Of a DNA stretch of 64,000 bases, positions 31,303 through 40,293 are shown in pieces (position 1 is the first letter of the stretch; each line of letters begins with the position of its first letter). Under the pieces are notes generated by a model, which was not told the origin of the DNA, ran no database searches, and was given only the letters and a program-made list of their open reading frames with translations. The position numbers and the translations under genes were made by a program. Location of the stretch: NCBI RefSeq assembly GCF_000737315.1, contig NZ_JMCB01000006.1, positions 310,001-374,000 on the forward strand, given 5' to 3'. Source of the stretch: Hyalangium minutum. GTDB taxonomy: Bacteria > Myxococcota > Myxococcia > Myxococcales > Myxococcaceae.

Positions 31303-32103
31303 TCAGAACTGCGGAGGTTTGGGCGGGCTCACCCACCACTCCACGACAGCGTCCAGCATTCGCCACAACCCGCCTCCCACGCCCTGGAAGCCCGGCGGTT
31401 GAGGCTGAGCCGAGCTCTGGAGCTGGTTGAGCGCCGAGGCCGGAGCGAACGTCCCCCAGCACTGGGTGCACGCCCACACGCGCACCGGCTTGCCCTGCCA
31501 GGAGATGGGCTGCATCACGTTGCGGCAGACGGGACACCCGGCGTGCGCGGGAACGCCCTCGGGGACTTCGGGGCCGGGCTCGAAGGTCCCCTTCGCGTGC
31601 GAGAGAATGAACGTCAGCGCTCCGCGCGGCAGGAAGATGCCGCCGCACTGAGGGCATCGGTGGTAGCCCTGACCCTGGCGATCCTCCGGGCGCATCGGCG
31701 TATCGCACGCGGGACAGCGGCCCTTGAGGCCTACCGCGGGCACGGGGCGCGTCCCCTTCTGCACGGGCGTGGCGGGTGCCTGCTGGGGTGTGCTCAGGGC
31801 CTCGAAGGCCGCCTGCGGCACCCAGAAGCCTCCACAGCGTGCGCACGCAGCAGGAGAGGATCCTTGGAACTTCTGCTCCATCAAGCTCCCCCCGCACCGG
31901 CAGCATGGCCCGATGCGGTGGTCCGTGGAGGGACGTTCGAGTGGGGACTCTCGCCTCGTCAGACGCGAGGACAGGCGCGACGTGAGGACCTCGTGCAGCT
32001 CTCCACGATCGAACCACACCCCCAGGCACCGGGGGCACTCATCGAGTTCGATGTGACCGACACGCAGGCTGTCGAGTGGGATGTTGCAAGCAGGGCACCG
32101 CAT
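31303..32103 (-). CDS. Protein with four zf-TFIIB-like Zn ribbons
   Basis: CP.C...CP.C.G.W/F units repeated four times. Confidence 0.8.
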   Translation of the reverse strand: MRCPACNIPLDSLRVGHIELDECPRCLGVWFDRGELHEVLTSRLSSRLTRRESPLERPSTDHRIGPCCRCGGSLMEQKFQGSSPAACARCGGFWVPQAAFEALSTPQQAPATPVQKGTRPVPAVGLKGRCPACDTPMRPEDRQGQGYHRCPQCGGIFLPRGALTFILSHAKGTFEPGPEVPEGVPAHAGCPVCRNVMQPISWQGKPVRVWACTQCWGTFAPASALNQLQSSAQPQPPGFQGVGGGLWRMLDAVVEWWVSPPKPPQF

Positions 32104-32277
32104 GGCGCGCAGCCTAGACCAGCCCCTGCTCGTAGGTGGCATGTCCTCGGCGTTGCCGGTGGACTGTCAACGGTGTGGACAGTGCCGCCACTCTGGGGCT
32201 GCAAGTGCCTGAAATGAGGCCCGTTGTCCGCTGGCAAGGCGCTCGCAGTGACTCCAGCTCGAAAGGAGCCGGAGGCC

Positions 32278-33219
32278 ATGGACGATGCGAAACGCAGCGA
32301 GGTGTGGGGCGAGACGCGGCTGAACGGGAGCAAGGTGCTCCGCTGGGCGCTGATCCACACGGGCGCGCTGGTGGGCGGCGCGGTCTTCTTCTCGTGGAGC
32401 GCGGTGGGAGTGGCTGCGGCGCTCGTGGCGGTGACGATGTGCCTGGGTGTCTCGGTGGGCTTCCACCGAGGCCTCATCCACCGCGCCTTCCAGACGTCTC
32501 GCGCGATGGAGACGGTGCTCGCGGGGGTGGGCACGCTCGCGGGCCTGGGCGGCATCCTCGGCATGAGCCGCGTGCACCACATGCGCGACTACCACCAGAA
32601 CCAGCCGGCCTGTCCTCCCTACTTCGGCTACGAGGGCGGCTTCTTCCGGGCCATGGCCTACGCGCTCTTCTTCGACTACCTCGCGCCGGATCCTTCCGTG
32701 TACCCGCCGGTGGATCCGCGCGTCGCCGAGCGCCCGTTCTTCCACGCGCTGGAGCGCGCGGGGTTGTGGCTCCAGGTGCCGCTGGCGCTCGGGCTGTTCG
32801 CGGTGGGTGGCCCCGCCTTCGTCGCGTGGGGCATCTTCGTGCGGCTGGCCCTCACGCAGGATGGCTTCTGGGCCATCCACTGCGTGAGCCACGTCTCGGG
32901 CGAGCAGCCCTATGAGATGGCGGGTGCGGCCGAGCAGGGGCGCAACACGGGCTGGCTCGCACTGCTGAGCATGGGCGAGTCGTGGCACAACACGCACCAC
33001 GCGTACCCGAGCTCCGCGCAGATGGGCGTGGGCTGGCGCGAGCCGGACCCTGGGTTCTGGGCCGTGCGCGCACTGGAGTGGCTGGGGCTCGTGTGGGACG
33101 TGCAGACGGTGGCGACGCTCCCGCTGCGCAAGGGTGCGAGGCACACGCAGGCTCCGCGCCCACGACAGGCGCGCCGCGCTCCTGTGCACCGCCGTGCACA
33201 CCCCGCCACGGCGCGCTGA
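32278..33219 (+). CDS. Acyl-CoA/fatty-acid desaturase-like membrane protein
   Basis: HRGLIHR and GESWHNTHHAYP His boxes; variant middle box SRVHH. Confidence 0.82.
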   Translation: MDDAKRSEVWGETRLNGSKVLRWALIHTGALVGGAVFFSWSAVGVAAALVAVTMCLGVSVGFHRGLIHRAFQTSRAMETVLAGVGTLAGLGGILGMSRVHHMRDYHQNQPACPPYFGYEGGFFRAMAYALFFDYLAPDPSVYPPVDPRVAERPFFHALERAGLWLQVPLALGLFAVGGPAFVAWGIFVRLALTQDGFWAIHCVSHVSGEQPYEMAGAAEQGRNTGWLALLSMGESWHNTHHAYPSSAQMGVGWREPDPGFWAVRALEWLGLVWDVQTVATLPLRKGARHTQAPRPRQARRAPVHRRAHPATAR

Positions 33220-33250
33220 GTCACGCCGCAGGCCCGTTCGGGCTCAGGGC

Positions 33251-33266
33251 TGGTCCACGGGTTGCA
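33251..33266 (+). promoter_or_regulatory. Possible sigma54 -24/-12 promoter
   Basis: TGGTCCACGGGTTGCA, GG-N10-GC spacing, 33 nt before ATG 33300. Confidence 0.4.
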
Positions 33267-33299
33267 ATCCGAACCCGCTCCAGAGTTCTCTGAGCCCCC

Positions 33300-34286
33300 A
33301 TGCGCGCCCTGCTCCTCCTGACGTGCCTCCTCGCCACCGTGGCGGGAGCCCAGACCGAACCCTCCGGCTCCTCGCCGGATGAGCCAGCGTGGGCCCGTCC
33401 TCCTCCGAGCACCGGACCCGCCGAGTCCGCGGGCTCCCGGGCCCAGCGCTACAGCCGCTACTCCGCTGGACCCGCGGGCCCCACCATCGCGGTCGCCGAG
33501 GTCCTCGTGGGCATCGCGGGCGGAGCCATCCTGGGCAACTCCTTCGATGCCAAGGGCCGGACCAACAACCTCTATACCGGCGCGATGCTCGGAGGGCTCA
33601 CGCTGGGGACCGGCGGCATCCTCTACCAGTACTTCTTCCCCGTGCAGCGCCGCGAGTCGCTGCTGGCCACCACCGCCTCGCTGGCCGGGCTCGCGGGAGG
33701 CATCGCCTACGCGAACAACCAGAACCTGGGAGACCGGGACCGCGCGCTCCTGGCGATACTCACCTCACAGATGGGCATGTTCTCCTCGCTCCTGCTCACC
33801 CGGGGCGGCGAGGACCTGAGCGGCGCGGACTATGGCCTCATCTGCCTCACCTCCGCCTATGCCACGGCTTTCGCCGGTCTCATCGAGTTCATCCACAACG
33901 CGGAGACGAGCGGCGGGTACAACTTCGCGCCCATGCTCATGGCACCCGCGATCGGCATGGCCCTCGGCGGGCTGCTCGCCATCCCCGTGGAGCTCAACAG
34001 CCTCGCCTTCGCCATCCTCTGGCCGGTCCCGCTCGCCATCGGCGGCATGGCGTTCGGCCTGGCCGCGCCGCTCTCGGGCAATGCCACGACAGGGCGCGTC
34101 GGGCTCATCGCCCTGAGCGGCAGCCTCGTCATCTCCTCCATGGTGCTGGCCCTCACCTCCTCGCCACCGGAGTGGGAGCGGACCTCCGAGAGCACCGTGA
34201 AGGTGGCCCCCGTGCCGGTGGTGCTGGCCGCGGGCCGGGGCAACACGGGGCTCGCCGCGGGCCCTGGCCTGTGGATCCAGTTCTGA
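33300..34286 (+). CDS. Exported multi-helix membrane protein, paralog 1
   Basis: Signal peptide, RYSRYSAGP motif, Gly-rich hydrophobic helices, C-terminal Phe. Confidence 0.75.
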   Translation: MRALLLLTCLLATVAGAQTEPSGSSPDEPAWARPPPSTGPAESAGSRAQRYSRYSAGPAGPTIAVAEVLVGIAGGAILGNSFDAKGRTNNLYTGAMLGGLTLGTGGILYQYFFPVQRRESLLATTASLAGLAGGIAYANNQNLGDRDRALLAILTSQMGMFSSLLLTRGGEDLSGADYGLICLTSAYATAFAGLIEFIHNAETSGGYNFAPMLMAPAIGMALGGLLAIPVELNSLAFAILWPVPLAIGGMAFGLAAPLSGNATTGRVGLIALSGSLVISSMVLALTSSPPEWERTSESTVKVAPVPVVLAAGRGNTGLAAGPGLWIQF

Positions 34287-34411
34287 CCCTCCGTGCCAAG
34301 ACTCTTGCGGGACAATGGAAAACAGGAAAGATGCAGTGCAGGCCGGCTGACCGGGGGCCTTCGAGGAGCACCCCGGCTGCAACCCGACATCCCCTCGAGG
34401 AGCCCATCGCC

Positions 34412-35470
34412 ATGCGGTCCATCGCCCTTCTGCTGAGCCTCACCGCGGCCGTGGCCAGCGCCCAACAGCCCGACGCCCCCACGGCTCCACCGCTGCCGCC
34501 TCCCAGCGCCCCCATGGCCGCCCCCACTGAGCCACCGCTGCCGCCTCCTCCCCCGCCGCCAGCCACGACGGTGCCGCCGGCCGCCACGGGGCCCTCGGAG
34601 ACTCCGGGCGAGCGAGTGGTGCGCTACAGCCGCTTCTCCGCCGGTCCGGGTGGCTCGCTGGTCGCCTTCACCGAGGTCATGAGCGGCATCGTCAGCGGCG
34701 CCATGCTCGGCAACAGCTTCGACACCAACGACAGCGACAAGTCGAACAGCGCCTACACGGGCGCGGTGGTGGGCGGCCTCACCCTGGGCACCATCGCCAC
34801 GATGTACCAGTACTACGTCCCCGTGGAGCGCAATGAGTCGCTCCTGGTCGCCGGCGCGGCCACCTCGGGCTTCGTCGCGGGCCTGGCGATCTCGGCCAGC
34901 GAGGACATGTCCTCCAGGAACGCCGCGTGGCTGAGCCTCGCCACCACGCAGCTGGGCATCGTCAGCGTGCTCGCGCTCACCAAGGGCGGAGCCGATGTGA
35001 GCACCGGGGACGCGTCGCTCGTGGGCATGGTGTCCCTGTACGCACTGACGCTCACGGGGCTCACCCAGGGCATCATCGACGGGTCCTCCAGCAGGGACGT
35101 GAACTACACGCCCACCTTCATCGCTCCGGCGCTGGGCATGGCGCTGGGCGGCCTGCTCGCCATCCCGCTGGAGATCGAGGCTTCGCGCGTCATCAAGCTC
35201 ACGATGGTACCGCTCGGGGTGGGCGCCTCGATGCTCTTCCTGGGCTCTCTCCTCGCCGAGGGCACCACCGTGCCCCTCACCGCGCTGGCCGGCATCGTCA
35301 CCTCGTTCGCCCTCACCTTCCTCCTCACTTCGGATCCGGGCATGCCCACGGAGCGGTACAGCATGCGCCGCTCCGACGGCTTCCAGGCCGTGCCCGTGCC
35401 CGTGGTGATGGCGGCGGGCCCGGACAACAAGTCCGTCGCCGGTGGGGCGGGCCTCTTCGTGCGCTTCTGA
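34412..35470 (+). CDS. Exported multi-helix membrane protein, paralog 2
   Basis: Signal peptide, Pro-rich linker, RYSRFSAGP, same C-terminal VPVPVV..AG...F. Confidence 0.75.
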   Translation: MRSIALLLSLTAAVASAQQPDAPTAPPLPPPSAPMAAPTEPPLPPPPPPPATTVPPAATGPSETPGERVVRYSRFSAGPGGSLVAFTEVMSGIVSGAMLGNSFDTNDSDKSNSAYTGAVVGGLTLGTIATMYQYYVPVERNESLLVAGAATSGFVAGLAISASEDMSSRNAAWLSLATTQLGIVSVLALTKGGADVSTGDASLVGMVSLYALTLTGLTQGIIDGSSSRDVNYTPTFIAPALGMALGGLLAIPLEIEASRVIKLTMVPLGVGASMLFLGSLLAEGTTVPLTALAGIVTSFALTFLLTSDPGMPTERYSMRRSDGFQAVPVPVVMAAGPDNKSVAGGAGLFVRF

Positions 35471-35497
35471 GCCAGCCCTGGCCTCCGTGCCTCGCCC

Positions 35498-36418
35498 TCA
35501 GAGGAGAGGCTGCGGAGACAGCGGCTCCGTCGCGGCAGCGGCCCACAGCGGCCACGCGTTCTGGGGGCGGCTCTCCCGAATGAAGGCCACCGCCTCCGAG
35601 ACGACGGCCGGCGTATAAAGGATGCGGTGGTGCCCCAGTCCCTGGGTGCGCACCAGCGCCGCTCCTGGCCATGCGCGGGCGATGGCCTCGCCCGACTCCA
35701 GCCGCACCTCCGCATCGCCCGCGTCGTGGAAGATGCGAACCGGCGTCTTCAGCGCGGGCGCGAAGGACGGCACCACGAAGTCCTCCAGCTTCCCCACGCG
35801 CGCCTCGATGCGCTCCACCGTCCGCGCCAGCGCGCCCTGAGGCAGCCCCAGCCACTTCGCGAAGAAGGCCACTGCCTTGCGAGGATCCGACGGCGGCGCC
35901 ACGAGCACAGCCCGCTCCACGGACAGCCCATCCCGGATTGCCACGGCGCTGGCCGCCGCCCCGAGCGAGTGCGCCACCAGTGCGTGAGGTCCTCCCGTCG
36001 CACGCGCCACCGCCCGGATGACCCGCGCCAGCTCCGGCAGCGACGAGAACTTCCCGGACGACAGCCCGTGCCCCGGCGCATCGAACGTCACCACCGAGAA
36101 CCCCGCGGCCACCAGCGGCGCCACGAAGGCGGTGAGCTGGCCGCCATACCCGCTCCACCCGTGCACCAGGAGCACGCGAGGGCCCTCGCCCCAGCTCCAC
36201 ACCGCGACTTGCTCACCGCACAGCTCCAGGAAGCGCTGCTGCCCTGGCTCCAGCACCGCGCGCGCCGTGCGCGAGGGCTGGGTCCGCCGCGGCGTGAAGA
36301 AGAGCCGCTCCGCCCACTGGCTCGTCCGCTCCGGGGCCACCGTACCGAGCGTCCGGACCGTGGTCCGCAGCGCCCACCGCGTCATTTCCGTCCGAACGTT
36401 CGTGCTATTTTTCGCCAT
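35498..36418 (-). CDS. Alpha/beta hydrolase
   Basis: LVHGWSG, AHSLG, D..V, LGHHRIL; AGGAG RBS. Confidence 0.9.
   Translation of the reverse strand: MAKNSTNVRTEMTRWALRTTVRTLGTVAPERTSQWAERLFFTPRRTQPSRTARAVLEPGQQRFLELCGEQVAVWSWGEGPRVLLVHGWSGYGGQLTAFVAPLVAAGFSVVTFDAPGHGLSSGKFSSLPELARVIRAVARATGGPHALVAHSLGAAASAVAIRDGLSVERAVLVAPPSDPRKAVAFFAKWLGLPQGALARTVERIEARVGKLEDFVVPSFAPALKTPVRIFHDAGDAEVRLESGEAIARAWPGAALVRTQGLGHHRILYTPAVVSEAVAFIRESRPQNAWPLWAAAATEPLSPQPLL
36393..36406. promoter_or_regulatory. Second TetR-operator-like site, inside the first codons of the hydrolase
   Basis: CGAACGTTCGTGCT, 11/14 identical to 37071-37084. Confidence 0.45.
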
Positions 36419-36457
36419 GACAAGCTCCTGGGAGAGGCAGGGGAAGAGCGTGGCCGC

Positions 36458-37057
36458 TCAGGCCGTGGGGGTGCGGTAGAGGCTCAGCAGCGACTCGAAG
36501 GAGCGGCGGGCGCGCTCCTCGGCCTTGGGGTCGCGCATCAGGCGCGAGGCGTGGTGGCACGCGAGCATCACCCCGTACAGGTCCGAGGCGAACTGCTCCA
36601 CATCCGCATCCTTGCGGAAGTGGCCCTCGTTGATGGCCGTGCGGGCTGTCTGTGCGATGCAGTCCATCCAGTCCTTCTGGCTCTGCACCAGCGTGTCGCG
36701 CGCGGGGCCCGGGGTGTCATCCAGCTCGGCGGCGGCGGCCACGAAGATGCAGCCGCCCTCATTGGCGGCGCTGCGGGACCAGTCCAGCCAGCGCTCGAAG
36801 AGGGCGCGGATGCGAGGCTCCCCGCGAGGCCGTGCCAGCGCCGGGCGGATGACCACCTCCGTGAAGAGGGCGGTGGCCGCCTCCAGCACCTCCACCTCCA
36901 GCGAGGACTTCGAGCGGAAGTGCGCGAACAGCCCGCTCTTGGAGAGCTGCAGCTCCTCCGCCAGCCCGCCGATCGTCAGCCCCTGCAGGCCCACACGGCT
37001 GGCCAAGCGCACCGCGCGCTCGAGAATGGCCTGACGTGTGAGCTCACCTTTTCGCAT
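36458..37057 (-). CDS. TetR/AcrR family regulator
   Basis: TRQAIL...LTIGGLAEELQLSKSGLFAHF HTH. Confidence 0.93.
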   Translation of the reverse strand: MRKGELTRQAILERAVRLASRVGLQGLTIGGLAEELQLSKSGLFAHFRSKSSLEVEVLEAATALFTEVVIRPALARPRGEPRIRALFERWLDWSRSAANEGGCIFVAAAAELDDTPGPARDTLVQSQKDWMDCIAQTARTAINEGHFRKDADVEQFASDLYGVMLACHHASRLMRDPKAEERARRSFESLLSLYRTPTA

Positions 37058-37070
37058 CGTGGGAAAGAAT

Positions 37071-37084
37071 AGAACGGTCGTTCT
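37071..37084. promoter_or_regulatory. Palindromic TetR operator candidate
   Basis: AGAACG-GT-CGTTCT, 13 nt upstream of the tetR ATG. Confidence 0.6.
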
Positions 37085-37104
37085 TTTTCCGCAAGCCCGC
37101 GGCG

Positions 37105-37545
37105 TCAGCCCTCGGTGTTGCGGAGGAAGTCGGCAGTCTGGCCGAAGCGCTCCTCGAGGAAGCGGCGCACGTTGCCGGTGAGGCCGCGCGCGTCCATGGC
37201 CTTGTGCATGCAGCGCAGCCACGCGTCGCGCATGCCCGAGTCCACGGGGACGTGGCCGTGGCGCATGCGCAGGCGCGGGTGGCCGTGGCGCTCGATGTAG
37301 TGCTGCGGCCCGCCCAGCCAGCCGATGAGGAAGAGGCCGAAGCGCTCACGGGTACCCCGGCTCACCTTGCCGTCCGGCTCCAGCACGTGCAGGCGGGCGA
37401 GTGCCGGCTCGGTGGCGTCCATGGCGTCATAGAAGGCCGCTGCGAGCGCCTTCACCGCCTCCTCGCCCCCGAGCCGCATGAAGGGGGTGTCCTCCAGCGA
37501 GGGGATCCATTCGTCCGTGGTGGGAGTCTTGAGCTGAGTGGACAT
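37105..37545 (-). CDS. Group II truncated hemoglobin
   Basis: LGGEE, AFYD, GWLGGP..Y, GHPRLRMRH. Confidence 0.9.
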   Translation of the reverse strand: MSTQLKTPTTDEWIPSLEDTPFMRLGGEEAVKALAAAFYDAMDATEPALARLHVLEPDGKVSRGTRERFGLFLIGWLGGPQHYIERHGHPRLRMRHGHVPVDSGMRDAWLRCMHKAMDARGLTGNVRRFLEERFGQTADFLRNTEG

Positions 37546-37582
37546 GGCTGTGTTCAACGCGAGGGAAGCCCGCGCCATTCTC

Positions 37583-38461
37583 TCATGCGGCCCAGCGCTT
37601 GGGGCGGGACTTCAGGGTCGTCACGCCGAGCTTGTCACAGAAGGCCTCGAAGGGCTTCCGAGGGACCCCCGCCCACTCCAGCGCCTTGAGGGACTCCTTC
37701 AGCGGCGCGTCCGTCACCAGCGTGGCGAGCTTCCTATAAAGGAGGGCATCCTCACGGTGCTCGCGCAGCGTGGCGGCCAGCTTGTCCGCGCCGCGCGGGC
37801 GCACGGTCCACTTCGAGGCATCGGCGGGGATGGCCTCCAGGTGGCCATAGGCGGAGAGCAGCGAGGAGGCGCCCTTCTCTCCAAAGCCGGGCAGGCCGGG
37901 GATGCCATCCGCGTCATCGCCCATCAGCGCGAGCAGATCCGGCACGCTCGCGGGAGGGACGCCAAGCTTCGCGCGGACGCCGTCCTCATCCAGCTCCTTC
38001 TCCTGGCGCCGGTCTACCTGCACCACCTTCTTGCCGCGCACGCACTGGCCCAGGTCCTTGTCCGGGGTGAGCAGCCGCACCTGCTCCACCTCGCTGGCCC
38101 AGCGCGCGGCGGCGGTGGCCAGGGCGTCATCGGCCTCGTGGTCCTTCATGGACCAGACGGTGACGCCGAGCGCGCGCACCGCCTCCTCGACGAGATCGAA
38201 CTGCGCGTGCAGCTCGGGAGGGACACCTTCGTCGGACTTGTAGCCCGCGAAGAGCGCGTTGCGGAACGAGCGGATGGGATTGTCGAAAGCCACGGCGAGG
38301 TGAGTCACCGCCTCCTTCGAGTCATGCAGCAGCGCGAGCAGAGAGGACATGACGCCCACGGTGGCCTTCACATCCTGGCCGCCTGGCGCGGAGTGTCCCG
38401 GACGCGGAGAGAAGTGGGCCCGGTACAGCTCATAGGTACCGTCAACGAGGTGCAGACGCAT
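37583..38461 (-). CDS. Stand-alone 5'-3' exonuclease / flap endonuclease
   Basis: LVDG, VAFD, EADD, DKDL, GDDADGIPG helix-hairpin-helix. Confidence 0.92.
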   Translation of the reverse strand: MRLHLVDGTYELYRAHFSPRPGHSAPGGQDVKATVGVMSSLLALLHDSKEAVTHLAVAFDNPIRSFRNALFAGYKSDEGVPPELHAQFDLVEEAVRALGVTVWSMKDHEADDALATAAARWASEVEQVRLLTPDKDLGQCVRGKKVVQVDRRQEKELDEDGVRAKLGVPPASVPDLLALMGDDADGIPGLPGFGEKGASSLLSAYGHLEAIPADASKWTVRPRGADKLAATLREHREDALLYRKLATLVTDAPLKESLKALEWAGVPRKPFEAFCDKLGVTTLKSRPKRWAA

Positions 38462-38480
38462 GGGGAGCCGTGTCTAACAC

Positions 38481-38900
38481 CTATTGGCGAATCGCGAGAA
38501 TGCGCCACGTCTTCGCATCAATGGCGTAGGAGGCACCGGTATCGAGAGCAATGGGCCCCTCACACGCCTCGGGGCGTAGCCAGATCTGAACGAAGACCAG
38601 ACCTTCGGGTCCCGGCGCGGCGATCATGTCATACGACTCGCGTTTGGAGAGGCATACCTCGCGAGGCGTTGCGTCCTTGGGAGGCTGGAGGTCCCATGGC
38701 CGGAAGTCCTCCATGGCGAGCTGCATGGCCACGAACAGGGGGCCTGTGACGGTCACGTTCCCTTCGATGTCGAGAGGCTCCGCCGGGAACGTGACACCTG
38801 CAGCTTCTTGCGGCGGGGCATGGACGGGACGCGGAGGGCGCCGGAAGAGCGCGCAGGCGGGGAGCAGGGCGCAGAGCACCCACAGCAGTGAACGCTTCAT
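38481..38900 (-). CDS. Small lipoprotein, partner of the upstream JAB-like lipoprotein
   Basis: LLPAC lipobox. Confidence 0.7.
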   Translation of the reverse strand: MKRSLLWVLCALLPACALFRRPPRPVHAPPQEAAGVTFPAEPLDIEGNVTVTGPLFVAMQLAMEDFRPWDLQPPKDATPREVCLSKRESYDMIAAPGPEGLVFVQIWLRPEACEGPIALDTGASYAIDAKTWRILAIRQ

Positions 38901-38952
38901 GGAGTTCCTCGAGAGCGGCGAGGGCCGAGGCCACTGGCCGCGTCGGAGCGGT

Positions 38953-39591
38953 TCAATCGTTGACAAGGGTGACCCGTCCGCTGGCTTTGTTTTCAGGCTG
39001 GATGTGACCGATGAGCTTCCAGCTCTTTCCGCGGCGCTCGTACAGCTCACCTGGGCGATCCTCCTTCAGGTAGGGGATCAGCTTCTGGAGGTGACAGGCC
39101 TTGTCGAACTGGATGCGAATGGAAAACACCTGGGTCGCCCCGAGCCGGTCAGACCTGCTCTCGAGCATGGAGGAGGGGGACCACGGATGGCCGTGGTAGT
39201 CCGCAAGGGTCTCCGAGCGGCCTCGCGCATCCTCCACCTGCCGTGGCACGTAGCAGCTCTTCTCACGCGAGACGCGGCCAATGTGGGGATCCCCGAGGGG
39301 AGAGGGGTGGCTCGCGTAGTACTTGCCGTCTCCCAGGGAGTAGATGAGGCCGCAGTACTCCCGTCCGTGATCACCAAACCGGGCGCCAGGCAGCTCCATG
39401 ACAGCGGGACAGAGCTGATCGATCACCTCATCGGGATCCGCCGAAGGTGTGATGGCCTCCCACGGCCCGCGAACCCAGACCTGGCCCTCCTTGAACCCAT
39501 AATTCGCAGGCTCCCCGGGAGTCGCCGGGCTGCTGGCACATCCCAGCCAGCCCCAAGCCACCAGCAGTAGCGCGCTTCTGGCCCACCTCAT
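38953..39591 (-). CDS. Lipoprotein with JAB/MPN (DUF4329-like) metalloprotease motif
   Basis: WLGC lipobox; REYCGLIY; YHGHP...SRSD. Confidence 0.65.
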   Translation of the reverse strand: MRWARSALLLVAWGWLGCASSPATPGEPANYGFKEGQVWVRGPWEAITPSADPDEVIDQLCPAVMELPGARFGDHGREYCGLIYSLGDGKYYASHPSPLGDPHIGRVSREKSCYVPRQVEDARGRSETLADYHGHPWSPSSMLESRSDRLGATQVFSIRIQFDKACHLQKLIPYLKEDRPGELYERRGKSWKLIGHIQPENKASGRVTLVND

Positions 39592-39910
39592 GCGAACTCC
39601 CTGAAATTCCCGCCTAAACCGCTTTTACCACCTTAATCAGAAATTCCGGTTCCACGCAATGCTTAACCACTTGCCAGGTAGGGCCTGAGTCCGCCCCCTC
39701 CTGCCTCTAGAAGCAGACCCGGTGAGTTGCGAGCCATCCTACCTGCGGGGTTGGACTCCGCCAGCAGGAACCAACCCGGGCACTTCGGAACCTCCTCGTG
39801 TGGGGGACAAGCGGCCTCGCGCGAGGCGGGTTGCCGGCCTGCCCGTTCATCCCCACCTCAGCGCGAGGCAGTGGGCGGTGGCGTCCGTCCCACGGGTTCG
39901 GAGGTGGACG

Positions 39911-40273
39911 ATGCGCAAGACGCTCCTGGCCGCAGCCCTGGCAGTGCTGGGCTCCGCGTGCGCCGCGAAGCGGGTGACGGCGGAACCTCCCACGGAGCGG
40001 CTGGCGGAGTCTCAGGCCACCATCCGCGCCGCGGAGCAGGTGGGCGCGGGGCGAGTGCCCGAGGCCGCCACGTACCTGGGCTTCGCGCAGCAGCAGTTGT
40101 CGGCGGCTCAGCAGCTGATCAGTGAGGGCCGGTACGGCGCGGCGGATCTCCAGCTCCGGCAGGCAGCGGCGGACGCGGAGCTCGCGCTGGCGCTGGCCCG
40201 CGCGGTGCCGCTGGAGAACGAGGCCCGGCGGATGTTGGAGCAGGTGGAGGCGCTGCGGCGCAGCCCGCGGTAG
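39911..40273 (+). CDS. DUF4398 lipoprotein
   Basis: LGSAC lipobox; IRAAEQVGA, ADAELA motifs. Confidence 0.8.
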   Translation: MRKTLLAAALAVLGSACAAKRVTAEPPTERLAESQATIRAAEQVGAGRVPEAATYLGFAQQQLSAAQQLISEGRYGAADLQLRQAAADAELALALARAVPLENEARRMLEQVEALRRSPR

Positions 40274-40293
40274 GCCCGGAGAGGAGACCCGTC

